44,875 nucleotides of DNA from Gemmatimonadota bacterium (GCA_013002425.1 JABDJQ010000273.1:1-44875), one strand, 5' to 3'. Numbered from the stretch's first letter, positions 10,301 to 17,337 are shown. A program made the numbers and translations. The notes: generated from the sequence alone by a model not told the origin.

Positions 10301-10799
10301 CGGCCTCGTCTTCTTCTCTCAGAGCGCGGGCACGCTTCGTGTTCTATGGAACGAGGACGCGGGCGCAGACACTTACAGAATTTTCGCTTCGGGCGGTGGC
10401 GCACCGGAAGCGTTGACGGTGCGCGAGCTCCTCGTTACGCTCGGCGACGGCGCGGTGGCCCGTGCGAAGAGCGCGGGCGAGTCGATCGCGGTCACGGGGC
10501 CGCGTCTGCTTCACGTGTCGGGACCCGACGCGAGTCCGAACCCGTTCAACCCCGTGACGACTCTTCGCTATCACGTGCCGGGCGTTTCGGATGTCCTGCT
10601 CGTGATTTACGATTTGTCGGGGCGCGCCGTGCGCACGCTCGAAGCCGGTCGTCGCGCGGCCGGATGGCATGCGCCGGTCTGGGACGGAAAGAGCGACAAT
10701 GGCGAAGCGGTCGCGTCCGGTCTCTACTTCGCGCGTCTCGAAGCGCGCGGCGACGGGCACGACGACACCCGCACTTCGCGCATCGTCCTGATTCGTTGA
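1326..10799 (+). CDS. giant secreted surface protein: ~31 tandem FN3/Ig-like modules + Big_5/SbsA-like Ig domain + dockerin-like segment + FlgD-Ig/T9SS-type C-terminal domain
   Basis: Uninterrupted 9.47-kb ORF (3157 aa). Signal peptide MRRLNRAIAILPLLVALMSLAAPVHA; an alternative start at ATG 1389 would place it at the N-terminus. Contains ~87-aa repeats with conserved D-x-C...W...Y.(V/I)(Y/E)R...Y.Y.V.A.N.CG. C-terminal motifs: APAVLASDP... (Ig), DLNRDGRFGVGDVVLLGKLIV (dockerin EF-hand), PNPFNP...LYFARLEA...RIVLIR (CTD). Confidence 0.93.
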   Translation: MNGVHAPEDVPRPPESKVSSLMRRLNRAIAILPLLVALMSLAAPVHAQLSAPGNLTASVDSCWGIALSWDSQPAADSFAVFTADTVRYSLTNSFRDSIAVVGVNTTYWVAAINNPGVGDSATAIGFRPAPFATVPGFTASLDRCDGILLSWTDVAGEAGYVLYRDSVEVDTLPPNTVSFLDGTAASGDSVSYRIEAWSDCEPAPVASGTVNGWRKPAAPPVVSGLAATSDLCTGIEVSWIDVPREEAYVIERDGVPIDTIGPDLTVYLDASAFSDITYNYRVGPYNECSASPAFGLSITGRRLQPAPAAPSNVTASDTSCAVVFLSWSLSVTDGTYIIYRDNIAIDTVPSATLTYVDSVPGGSYVYGVAGENACGTSPDSTVAIGTVLPGPPAAPVTFTASDTSCSVVVLEWSASVDADYYLVYRDGARIDSLAAAVLGYQDSPGGSGSFTYGIAAGNECGVSDSTEAKGVVLPGAPGAITGFTAGDTACVSVTMNWDTAVDADTVFLQRGGAEIAQFLLGETTFNEVVPPGVYEYSIFAANECGRSITVIDSVEVFPLPVPPTALAASIDSCGLVHVTWTGAAGDAGYAVYREDAFLANVTDSFYGDTAAPIGASTYWIATLNACGASDSVSVVGTRPPDAPSAPALAAATDDSCTAVFVSWSASADADSYFVYRDGAVIARTVLLAFADTPPPGTYDYAVAAGNSCGVSDSTVDSGTLLPPPPIAPTLASASDSLCDRVEITWGDVANEAGYVVYRNSVVLDTVPANTVLFTDTGIAPGASSNYQVGAFNACSAGPAVSGSLAGSRLPAAPAAVNDLVASDDSCGVVVLAWTDVADEDGYVIERDGAPIDTIAAGATGYRDSPASIDVALSYRVGVFNTCSGGVIFGNADFGTALPGAPGLPANVLATDDSCGAVYITWTPGADIDSQFVLRNGAILERLGPADASYQDLTAVPAVTYAYAIRSRNDCGATDSGADNGTRPPDAPVSPAGLAATLDSCAYVLLAWGDVADEDGYTVYRDSTPLLTLPPNVVVWRDSSALPGATYTYQVSAFNGCSIAPALSNTAQGSRPPVPVAVTGLFATDDDCDFVQLTWVDGTDESGYRVERDGGVLVDLPPDVTSFTDSSIPAGTTAAYRVGALAQCIPDAAYSSEANGTRLAAVPIVPASVVATDDSCAAVRVTWNASPGADGYEVLRDGLFAGLVSDGSLFFRDVTPPPGASFYEVRALNACGTSAAAGDSGAAAEPPAIPVIDSASTDRCDGIMITWIDVANEDGYIVYRNLIGIDTLPADVTSYLDTLADGALPTLYRVGAFAPCFPAPTPSNPAQGVRLPTPPVPVTGLVATTDRCDGIALTWDDTEGEEFYIVARNGFAIANLPAGSVSHLDTTALAGSTNDYRVGGANFCSGGLPVYGDSVQGSRPFAAPEAVDSLTASQDSCGVIRLEWIAPVESDTVSIVRDFVDEIARIPAAAGFYRDTSSVTGSPLYSLTALNSCGASKPVLIQGARKPDTPPPPATVSASTDSCDGVFLAWSDVENEFGYIILRGGVLVDTVLADVTSYVDTTAAPGVDHSYEIGPFNDCTITPLFSAAVTGAILPPPVPVTTLTASTDNCAGIQLTWTGVAFASGYSVYRAGVFLDSVAPGVTAYLDTAVAYGSTHRYQIGSLNRCSFGPVFGDTLSGTRPFDQPDPPAGVSATDDLCQVVNVVWNESPNATSYVIERNGNQIGEVFDSPYFFTDTSVQPGSYTYAVKARNLCGTSTGSVDTGTRRAGPGEPSNLTATQDLCEGVRLTWSAAANVSSYTIRRGGVTIATNLPASATTYFDDGATGGVSSIYTVEALNVCGSRISDPGVVGRRLAGAPSGPSNVSATDGGCSEIAITWSYSGSTTSLVGFQISFRDLNTGGVYDSITTLPVSSNSFVHTPPPGNYEYWVSARNQCGSSPQTDGSQDEGAILGIPPAPAWDAASDSSSCTGESFTLRWNALPNVLEYRVSQGGFVVSTVDTSFAFVRSQTGDYNFTVTAFTACGPGSASTLFPVTVLASPSPPTNVSASQDSCGFIDLVWQNGTDSRVWIASAGDTAFLGAGVQSWRDDHPDGGPRSYHVGGYNACGTLGSTTLLTGFAFPDFLPAPDSVHATDGLCDSVIVTWTYEAPLEPVQDFRVIRYDGASATTIAFLSSDDVYRVVDTPPDAASRRYGVQAENRCALSIATEDFGRANRTPGIPIWTAEVGDACQSASFSLRWQAVSGAGSYEVFRDGSLIATVLQPSLRLSVFETGEFEFRVRAVSDCGPGPLGESQLVRVVDLPAVPLDVRIDSSYCDSVHVTWSPQLDSIRVTRSDRVDPVYVGAGNGFATDFPVKGVTYRVRSFNGCGESEEVTVTLGRPLIRPPAPVAVTASNTLCDSVVITWSMPQSQIVLSGFEISRTRNDSTTIVANSLAPSLRRFVDRGGVGLYEYRIVATNECGVSLDVETARDFGSFRPAFLATNFSSESDSVGCRGSNIELVWEPDPDALFYNVWETGDEIPVAVVAGSNSSASLLVTSIGDRSYELQSVGVCGDGLRSAPWLVRVGETPVRLSGLRASDDLCGAVRLDWNRSASVMEEVRVYRSGEWIASASPTDTTFMDESVALGETYEYFVVGASRCGTAGASPVAEGSALRGLTSPVLSGPPSGATNLPIPVTMSWTPVPAAIGYYLEVQDPDVSEIVLDSLLPASPSVTIGGLSLGERYLWRVATVDDCGPGIPSAWRNFQTIQSAPAVLASDPASFATGVALDANVRVVFSLPIDPASLSGAQLFRGDTEVPVSRRLETEGSVLVVDPVDSLRFNTTYSLLVGGLRDIFGQGLGGTAPITFTTAPAPRPVGDVDIDFQRTPADVARAADIVLGRVNPAEYDVGEIDLNRDGRFGVGDVVLLGKLIVKEGVVLLPDFSKSAPHAIRFASEPSDGRADADGYALRLTLEGDASRSTFLSLAWPEDAGRVTAIERLQNVNVVQSAGEGQNTNAEGGLVFFSQSAGTLRVLWNEDAGADTYRIFASGGGAPEALTVRELLVTLGDGAVARAKSAGESIAVTGPRLLHVSGPDASPNPFNPVTTLRYHVPGVSDVLLVIYDLSGRAVRTLEAGRRAAGWHAPVWDGKSDNGEAVASGLYFARLEARGDGHDDTRTSRIVLIR
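1470..9551 (+). repeat. coding tandem array of ~31 FN3/Ig-like modules (~87 aa / ~261 nt each) with a conserved cysteine pair
   Basis: Repeat boundaries counted by hand in the translation: 8082 nt / 31 = 87 aa. Modules fall into recurring three-module super-repeats (see findings). Confidence 0.85.
9877..10050 (+). other. dockerin-like duplicated Ca-binding segment inside the giant protein
   Basis: GDVDIDFQRTPADVARAADIVLG ... EIDLNRDGRFGVGDVVLLGKLIV. The second segment fits D-x-N-x-D-G-x5-D plus helix. The first is degenerate. Confidence 0.55.
10535..10796 (+). other. FlgD-Ig / T9SS type-A-like C-terminal sorting domain of the giant protein
   Basis: PNPFNPVTTLRYHVPGVSDVLLVIYDLSGRAVRTL...WDGKSDNGEAVASGLYFARLEA...RIVLIR matches the well-known CTD pattern (PNPFNP, IYD..G, WDG, G.Y...L). 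Confidence 0.7.
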
Positions 10800-10818
10800 C
10801 CCTGGAGTTTGCTCTGCA

Positions 10819-12744
10819 ATGAACTGGATTCTCTGGGGCATTTTCTCGGGCCTGCTGCTTCGGGCCGGGGAGCTTTCGGTACTCGGCCGCTCGATACGGA
10901 TCGGCCCCGGCGATTTCCTGATCGGACTCGCGGGGACGGTATTCGGTTCACTCTTTCTCTTCCTGGCGATCGGGCTCATTCTCCGCGGGGTTGCGGTTCT
11001 GCTGAAGCGCGACTGGTTCGCGAATGCCGGCGATCGATTCCTTCTCGCGCTGCTGCAGGCGGCTCTATTCTTCACGATCTGGTGGGCGCTTCGCGCGGAC
11101 CTCTTTACTCTCGCCGGAAGCGGTACCGGCAAGTTGCTGTTCGGGGCCATGCTGCTGGCGTCGTGCGCGCTCTTCTTCGTTCTGCGTCCCGCGCTCGAAC
11201 GTATACCCGCGCAGATTCCGGCGGCGCTGCTGCTCGTGGCGGGCGCGGGGCTCGCGATGGCGGGAACGTTCGGGCCGGTACGGTTCGCCCCCGAGAAGAC
11301 GGCCGACGCGGGAACGGTCGAGGGGGGCGCGCCCGACACGGTCGTAGCGGAAACCGGCGGCCGGCCGAATATCGTTCTCATTCTGATCGACACGCTCCGC
11401 GGGGATCGCCTGCAGTTCGACCGCAAGGTGACGCGCAATCCGAGCCTCGCGAAACTCGCGCGTACTTCCGTTCGCTACACGAAGGCACGTTCGACGAACA
11501 GCTGGACCGCGCCCTCCGTCGCCGGAATCCTGACTTCGCGGTATCCGTCGCAGCACGGCGTGCATCACGGCACGGCGCGTCTGCCCGAGCGCGAACTGTC
11601 GTTCGTCGAGACGCTGCAGCAGAGCGGGTATCGCACGGCCGCCGTGACGGCGAACAGCGTGATCGGCAGAGACTTCGGCTTCGCACAGGGTTTCGACTTC
11701 TACCTCGACACGAAGAACGCGTTCCCGTTCGGCTTCTTTCTCGATCAGCTTTCGCGGCTCTGGAAAATGCGATTCGAAAAGGGAAGTCAGCCCGAAGTGC
11801 AGGCGTTCTTTCATCGCGTCACCCGCTACTACCAGCACGCGGAGCAGGTCACGCGGAACGCGCGTGCGGTGGCCGACGGTCTCGCCGAAGAAGCGGAGCC
11901 GTTCTTCCTGCTCGTGCACTACATGGACCCGCATCGGCCGTACCGCGCTCCGCTCCGCTACTGGCGCGACGAAGATGCGGAATACGACGGTCCCGTGAAC
12001 GGCTTCGAATACATGAAGTACGACGAAAGCGCGGGCGCGTTTCGCGTGGGCGGCGTGAAGCTCGGGCCCGATGACGTAGCGCAGTTCGTGCGCCTCTACG
12101 ACGCGGAGATCCGGCACGTCGACGACGCGATCGGGAGTTTCGTCGCGGGGCTCAAGAGCGCCGGCGTTTTTGAAGAGAGCTACGTCATGGTGACGGCCGA
12201 CCACGGCGAGTACTTCGGGGAGCACGGTCTTTCCGCGCACTCGGACGTATATGCGCCCTGCATCGACGTGCCCCTTCTCGTTCGCCCGCCCGGGGGCGCG
12301 GCGCAGTCCACTTATAACGAGTACGTGCAGACGCGCCAGATCCCGGCAACGGTGCTCGCGTGGTCGGGGCAGGGCGACGCGGCCGCTGCCATGGAGGCGC
12401 CCCCGATTCCGTTTCCGGCTCTCGGCACCGGTGAGCCGATCGATCATGTTTTCGTCGAAGCCGAGGACGGCCCGACCGGGTTTCGACGCTCGGTCGAGCG
12501 CGACGACTGGAAGCTGATTCGCGGCGCGAACGGCCAGGAGCTGTACGATCGCGGCGCTGATCCGGGCGAAGTCACGAACCTGTTCGCGCTCGTGGAAAGC
12601 GACGCCGCCCTGCAGCGCACGTATCAAACGCTCGATTCGCTTTTGATTTCGTTCGAGGAAGCGATGCGGGTGTTCGGCGGGTCCGGCGAGAGCATGACGG
12701 CCGAGCAGGAAGAGGCGCTTCGCGCGCTCGGATACCTCGACTAG
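10819..12744 (+). CDS. membrane-anchored sulfatase-like (alkaline phosphatase superfamily) hydrolase/transferase
   Basis: N-terminal ~170 aa contain several hydrophobic helices. The catalytic domain starts PNIVLILIDTLRGDRL. The nucleophile region SWTAPSVAGILTSRYPSQHGV aligns to the sulfatase C-x-P-x-R box but reads T-x-P-x-V. Later motif: MVTADHGEYFGEHG. Confidence 0.85.
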   Translation: MNWILWGIFSGLLLRAGELSVLGRSIRIGPGDFLIGLAGTVFGSLFLFLAIGLILRGVAVLLKRDWFANAGDRFLLALLQAALFFTIWWALRADLFTLAGSGTGKLLFGAMLLASCALFFVLRPALERIPAQIPAALLLVAGAGLAMAGTFGPVRFAPEKTADAGTVEGGAPDTVVAETGGRPNIVLILIDTLRGDRLQFDRKVTRNPSLAKLARTSVRYTKARSTNSWTAPSVAGILTSRYPSQHGVHHGTARLPERELSFVETLQQSGYRTAAVTANSVIGRDFGFAQGFDFYLDTKNAFPFGFFLDQLSRLWKMRFEKGSQPEVQAFFHRVTRYYQHAEQVTRNARAVADGLAEEAEPFFLLVHYMDPHRPYRAPLRYWRDEDAEYDGPVNGFEYMKYDESAGAFRVGGVKLGPDDVAQFVRLYDAEIRHVDDAIGSFVAGLKSAGVFEESYVMVTADHGEYFGEHGLSAHSDVYAPCIDVPLLVRPPGGAAQSTYNEYVQTRQIPATVLAWSGQGDAAAAMEAPPIPFPALGTGEPIDHVFVEAEDGPTGFRRSVERDDWKLIRGANGQELYDRGADPGEVTNLFALVESDAALQRTYQTLDSLLISFEEAMRVFGGSGESMTAEQEEALRALGYLD

Positions 12745-12760
12745 GTGCTATAGTTCGAAC

Positions 12761-15700
12761 ATGAACCGATTGCCGCCTTTTCGCGCCGTGTCCCGTCGCT
12801 CTGCGAATCTGCTGCGAATTTTTTGTCCGGCGTTCTCCGCGCTCTTTCTGTGCGGGGCTGTCGCGACTGCGCACGACCTTCCCTCCGGCTTCACTCTTCT
12901 CGACGACTCTCCTCAAGGCCTCACATTTCGATACGACGCGCCGGAATGGACACGTCGATCCGTCGACCTGGATGGCGGGGGGCGCGCCACGCTGCTTGCG
13001 GCGCCCGGCTGGACTCCGGGCGAGGACGAAGGTCGGCCTGCGTTTCCCGCCGCGTCGATTCCGATTGCCCTGCCGCCGGGCGGAACGGTGCGTGTCGAAA
13101 TCGTGTCGGAACGGGTGCGCTCTCCCGGTTCGTACACGGCGCCGTTCGGAAGCGGGCGGCCTCACGCGCCGTATAATGAGAAAGGCGCCGCCGGTCAGCG
13201 CCCGTGGGCGCGTGTTGCGAAGCCGGGGCACGTCCGCGATCAGCGTGTCGCTTCGCTCGTAATCGAACCGGTCCGCTTCGTGTCCGACACCGGCGCGAAG
13301 CCCGGCACGCAACGCCGGGTCGAAGAACTGGAACGCGCGACGATTCGAGTGACGTTCGAGGGCGGCGGGGAGAAACCGCCGGCAACATCGGGCGATCCGC
13401 TGCACGCAGAGTCGCACGAGCGGCGCAATTCGGCTTTATCGAATCGAGAGGCGCTCTACCGCGCGCTGACCGTGAACCATGAAACCGGCCGCGCGTGGCG
13501 GGCGGAGGCGTCCGGTCGACGCGGCGGCGCGGGTGCCGGCGCAAACGTTGCGAACGTCGCGCGCGCCCGCGCGCTGCGTGACGGCGACTCGTTTTCGTCG
13601 AGTCCGGACTGGTTGAAGCTCACCGTGTCCGAGCGCGGCATGACGCGCGTGACGTATCAGGACTTTCTCGATGCGGGGCTTCTGAACCCGCGCAATGCGG
13701 TGGGCGATCCGCGCACTCTTCGCATGTACACGGGCTCCGCGCGTGAACTTCCCGAGTCGATCGCCGTGCCGCGCCCGGACTGGATGGACCAGACCGCGAT
13801 TCTCGTGGCGGGCGGTGACGACGGCACGTTCGACCCGGGCGACGCCGTCGAGTTTTACGCGCTCCCGCCTGACGACTTTGCGGACTACTTCGATCCCGCC
13901 GCGCCCGACCCGGACGAGTGGGTGTTTCATCGCTACGCGGACGACGGCGTCTACTGGCTCACCTGGGGGGGCGAATTCGAGGAGCCCGCGGAACGAATGG
14001 TGAGCGTAAATCCGGCGGGCGCCGGGAGAGGGTCGGGCGGGAACGACACGCGCGGGCAGGAAGCCGCTGCCGCCGCGCACACGTTTCGCGCCCGCGCGCA
14101 CTATGAGGAGAACCGCTCCTTTCATGACGAGACACGGTTCGGAACGGACCTCTACTTCTACGACCTGCTCACGAGATCCCGCCCCGACAAGACGTATCGT
14201 CTCGCGGAGCTGACGCACGCGGACACCGCCTCGCCCGGGTTGCTTCGCGTTCACGTGATCCATGCCGTGAACGAAAGAACGGGCGACAACGGGGGCAGCC
14301 AGGAAGTTCGTTACACGATGAACGAGGGCGAACCGGCTCTCGCACAATGGAACAGCGACGCGATCGAAGAGGGGGCGATCGTGTCTCCGATCCTGCTCGA
14401 CTCCTCCGTGACGGTCGTGAACGGCCCGAACCGCGTGCGTCTCGAGGCGCTCCGGCGGGCGGACCTCTGGCTCGACTGGATCGAGATCTTCTACGATCGT
14501 TTCTTCGAGGCCGACAGCGGGTCGCTCGCGTTCACTCTCGAAGCGGGAAGCCACGCCCTTTCGCTCGGAGGGCTCTCTGAGAACGCGCGGGTCTTCGACG
14601 TGACGAACAGGCTCGCGCCACGCGAATGGACGGGCGCGGCGCACACGGAGGGACGGCTCGGGTTCACGGCAGATGTCTCCGCCCGAACACACGCCATCGC
14701 TCTCGATCAGGGCGCGTGGCCGGCTCCGGCTGCGATCGAGCTCACGCGCCCCGAAGACCTGCGCGCCGAAAGAGAAGGCGCGGAGTATGTCACGATCGCG
14801 GGCGAATTCTTCTTCGAAGAAGTCGAAACGCTCTTGCGCCATCGCGGTCTCGCTTACTCGACGCTGGTCGCGCGGGTATCCGATATCTTCGACGTCTACT
14901 CCTTCGGATTGCGCGACCCCGTCGCGATTCGTGACTTTCTCGCGAGCGCGTACGCTTCGTGGGACACACGCCCGCTCTTCGTGCTGCTCGCGGGAGACGC
15001 GACGAGTGACATCGCGGACAGACTCACCGGTGTGAGTAATCGCAACGATCTCCCGTCGTTTCCCGAACTCGACAGGCGCGGCCGGGAGGACTTCACGTTT
15101 CGAACCGATGACTTCTACTCCCTCGTCCACCCCGACACGATAGACGACGCGCTTCCCGATCTCGCGATCGGCCGGCTGCCCGCCCGGAACGAAGCGGAGC
15201 TTTCCACGATGCAGAAGAAGATCGTGGCTTACGATATCGCGCCGCCGTTCGGCGCCTGGAAGAACGAAACGCTCGTGCTCGCCGACGACCATCTGAAGGG
15301 ATCGTCCACCGAGGGAGACTGCGCGTTTCAGGGGGCGCACACGGAAGACAGCGAGAAGATCGCGCGCCGCCTTCCCGGATCGTTCGTGAAGCCGCGGATC
15401 TACCTGACGGAGTACGAGATCGGGAACAACGGCGAAAAACCGGAGGCGACGGCGGATCTGCTCGAACGCATGAACGACGGATTTCTCGTGAGCAGCTATA
15501 TCGGAAACGGCGGCTTCGACAGGATGACGGACGAGAATCTGCTTTCGCTCGGGGCGCTGCCGGCCGACGGGTTCGCCAACGAGGGCAGGGAATACCTGTT
15601 CACCGCCTGGACCTGTGATGTCGGTAGCTTCGATCTGCTGAGCGGAGAGTCGCTGAGCGAGCGGTTGATCGCGATGGAAGCGGGGGGCGCTCTTGCGGCG

Positions 15701-17035
15701 TATGCCGCCAACGCCTGCACGTTCGGCAACCTGTCGAGCGCTCTCGCTTTCGATTTCTTCGGCGCGCTCTTTCCCGCGCCGCACCAGACCATTGCCCTCG
15801 GCCTGGCGGGCATGATCGCGAAGGCGAACGCGAGCCATTCGCAGAGCTTTCTGCTGAACGCGCGCAAGTATCATCTGCTCGGCGATCCGGCGATGGAACT
15901 CGCGATTCCGCGTCTCGCGATCGATCTCGGCGACACGCTCGCTTTCGAGGCCGGCACGGTCTCGTCGCTGGCGGGAGCGATCGTTGATGAATCGGGTGAA
16001 GTCGTCTCTTCGTTCAGCGGGGAAGCGCGCGTGACCGTTCACGAAGTGTCGGACACGTCGGGCTTTCGTTATATCGACTCGCTCTGCTCCCCGTCTCCCT
16101 GGCCGGAGCGCAGCGTCGAGTACACGCTCACCGGCGAAGCCGTCTACGCCGCCACGCTTCCCGTCGTGAACGGGCGTTTCGCGACCGAGTTCGTCGCGCC
16201 GCTCGCCGCGCGGACCGGCTCGCTCGCCCGCGTTTCGGCCTACGCATCTTCGCCCGCGTTGCAGGTCGACGCGTCGGGCGGCACCGACTCGGCCGCGATC
16301 ACGCCCGCGCCGGACACGTTCCCGTACGACGATTCGGATCCGCCGCGCGTCACGCTCGCATTCGCAAGCGCCGGTGGTTCGGATCCGGCGCCGATCACGC
16401 TCACGACACCGATCGAAATCACGGTGCGCGACACGAGCGGCATCGACGTTCTGCAGTCAGACCCGTTTTATCAGATGCACGCGCGCGTCGACGGCGGCGA
16501 CCCGATTCCTCTGCTGCCGTTCTTCGCCGTCGATCCCGCGAGCTTCCGCACGGGGCGCGCCCGATTCACGCTGGCCGAGCTCGCCGCTCCGGCAACCCTC
16601 CCGCTCGGCGAGCACGAACTCGCGTTCGTATTCGCGGACGCGCGCGGGAACCGCGGCGAAACGATCCGGCGCGTGCGCGTCGTCTCCGATGAAGGGACGT
16701 TCGGCTTCATGCAGGACATCCTGAGCTATCCGAACCCGTTCGATCCGGAGCGCGAAGAGTCTGTTTTCTATACGGATTTCGGTTCGATCGGCGAGTTGAC
16801 GATCGAGATCTTCACGGTGAACGGGCGGAGAGTGCGCGTGTTTCGCGAATGCATCGCGGCGGGCGCGGAGAAGCTGAACTGCGCGTGGGACGGGCGGGAT
16901 GCGGACGGCGATCTCGTGGCGAACGGCGTGTATGTCGTGCGCGCCGCCGCCGTTTCGGCCGACGGCAGCGAACGCGACGAATCCCTCGGGAGAATAGTCG
17001 TATTGCGCCAGGGGGATCGCCGCATTCGCCGGTAG
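12761..17035 (+). CDS. peptidase C25 (gingipain/PorU-like) family protein with FlgD-Ig/T9SS-type C-terminal domain
   Basis: 1424-aa ORF with a signal peptide. The core aligns to gingipain R (NDGFLVSSYIGNGGFDRM ~ NQGISLINYTGHGSETAW; LFTAWTCDVGSFD ~ FIFDVACVNGDF; HLLGDPAMEL ~ TVFGDPSLLV). C-terminal motif: YPNPFDP...WDGRDADGDLVANGVYVVR...RIVVLR. Confidence 0.88.
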   Translation: MNRLPPFRAVSRRSANLLRIFCPAFSALFLCGAVATAHDLPSGFTLLDDSPQGLTFRYDAPEWTRRSVDLDGGGRATLLAAPGWTPGEDEGRPAFPAASIPIALPPGGTVRVEIVSERVRSPGSYTAPFGSGRPHAPYNEKGAAGQRPWARVAKPGHVRDQRVASLVIEPVRFVSDTGAKPGTQRRVEELERATIRVTFEGGGEKPPATSGDPLHAESHERRNSALSNREALYRALTVNHETGRAWRAEASGRRGGAGAGANVANVARARALRDGDSFSSSPDWLKLTVSERGMTRVTYQDFLDAGLLNPRNAVGDPRTLRMYTGSARELPESIAVPRPDWMDQTAILVAGGDDGTFDPGDAVEFYALPPDDFADYFDPAAPDPDEWVFHRYADDGVYWLTWGGEFEEPAERMVSVNPAGAGRGSGGNDTRGQEAAAAAHTFRARAHYEENRSFHDETRFGTDLYFYDLLTRSRPDKTYRLAELTHADTASPGLLRVHVIHAVNERTGDNGGSQEVRYTMNEGEPALAQWNSDAIEEGAIVSPILLDSSVTVVNGPNRVRLEALRRADLWLDWIEIFYDRFFEADSGSLAFTLEAGSHALSLGGLSENARVFDVTNRLAPREWTGAAHTEGRLGFTADVSARTHAIALDQGAWPAPAAIELTRPEDLRAEREGAEYVTIAGEFFFEEVETLLRHRGLAYSTLVARVSDIFDVYSFGLRDPVAIRDFLASAYASWDTRPLFVLLAGDATSDIADRLTGVSNRNDLPSFPELDRRGREDFTFRTDDFYSLVHPDTIDDALPDLAIGRLPARNEAELSTMQKKIVAYDIAPPFGAWKNETLVLADDHLKGSSTEGDCAFQGAHTEDSEKIARRLPGSFVKPRIYLTEYEIGNNGEKPEATADLLERMNDGFLVSSYIGNGGFDRMTDENLLSLGALPADGFANEGREYLFTAWTCDVGSFDLLSGESLSERLIAMEAGGALAAYAANACTFGNLSSALAFDFFGALFPAPHQTIALGLAGMIAKANASHSQSFLLNARKYHLLGDPAMELAIPRLAIDLGDTLAFEAGTVSSLAGAIVDESGEVVSSFSGEARVTVHEVSDTSGFRYIDSLCSPSPWPERSVEYTLTGEAVYAATLPVVNGRFATEFVAPLAARTGSLARVSAYASSPALQVDASGGTDSAAITPAPDTFPYDDSDPPRVTLAFASAGGSDPAPITLTTPIEITVRDTSGIDVLQSDPFYQMHARVDGGDPIPLLPFFAVDPASFRTGRARFTLAELAAPATLPLGEHELAFVFADARGNRGETIRRVRVVSDEGTFGFMQDILSYPNPFDPEREESVFYTDFGSIGELTIEIFTVNGRRVRVFRECIAAGAEKLNCAWDGRDADGDLVANGVYVVRAAAVSADGSERDESLGRIVVLRQGDRRIRR

Positions 17036-17043
17036 GCCGGAAT

Positions 17044-17337
17044 CTAGAGGACGATGACGGAGTCTTCTTCGCCGTGTTCGTTCGGAATGAACTTGTCGGC
17101 TTCGCCGTCGTTCTCCCACTTCTTGCCGTCGAGCAGGTACCGATACCGGTATTCCTTGCCCGAGTCGAGCGAGATCGTCGTCGAGAAGCTGCCGTCCTTC
17201 CGCTTCTTCAGCGGATGAGCCTTCGGATCCCAGTCATTGAATTCGCCGAGCACGCAGGCTTTGCGCGCTTTGAAGTCGGCCGGGAGCGTGAAGGTCACGC
17301 GGCATCCCCTGCCGGTCTTCGTGTAAGTCTTTTTCAT
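17044..17337 (-). CDS. CBM48 / AMPK-beta glycogen-binding-domain protein
   Basis: VTFTLPADFKARKACVLGEFNDWDPKAHPLKKRKDGSFSTTISLDSGKEYRYRYLLDGKKWENDGEAD is a typical AMPK1_CBM/isoamylase-N pattern. ATG 17337 is preceded by GGAGA about 5 nt upstream. The ORF is open to 17397 (alternative start). Confidence 0.8.
   Translation of the reverse strand: MKKTYTKTGRGCRVTFTLPADFKARKACVLGEFNDWDPKAHPLKKRKDGSFSTTISLDSGKEYRYRYLLDGKKWENDGEADKFIPNEHGEEDSVIVL

Noticed and set aside
10819-12744. Annotating the gene as an arylsulfatase
   Set aside because: The formylglycine motif C/S-x-P-x-R is absent (T-A-P-S-V). Only the generic alkaline-phosphatase-superfamily assignment is defensible.
13436-16042. 868-aa minus-strand ORF
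   Set aside because: Antisense to the C25 peptidase gene, whose translation has clear family motifs. The antisense product is Arg-rich low-information sequence.
12761-17035. Calling this gene porU (the T9SS sortase)
   Set aside because: Only C25 family membership and a CTD are visible. There is no porV or other T9SS core gene in the window, and the catalytic His position is Asn. The specific PorU orthology cannot be supported from sequence alone.
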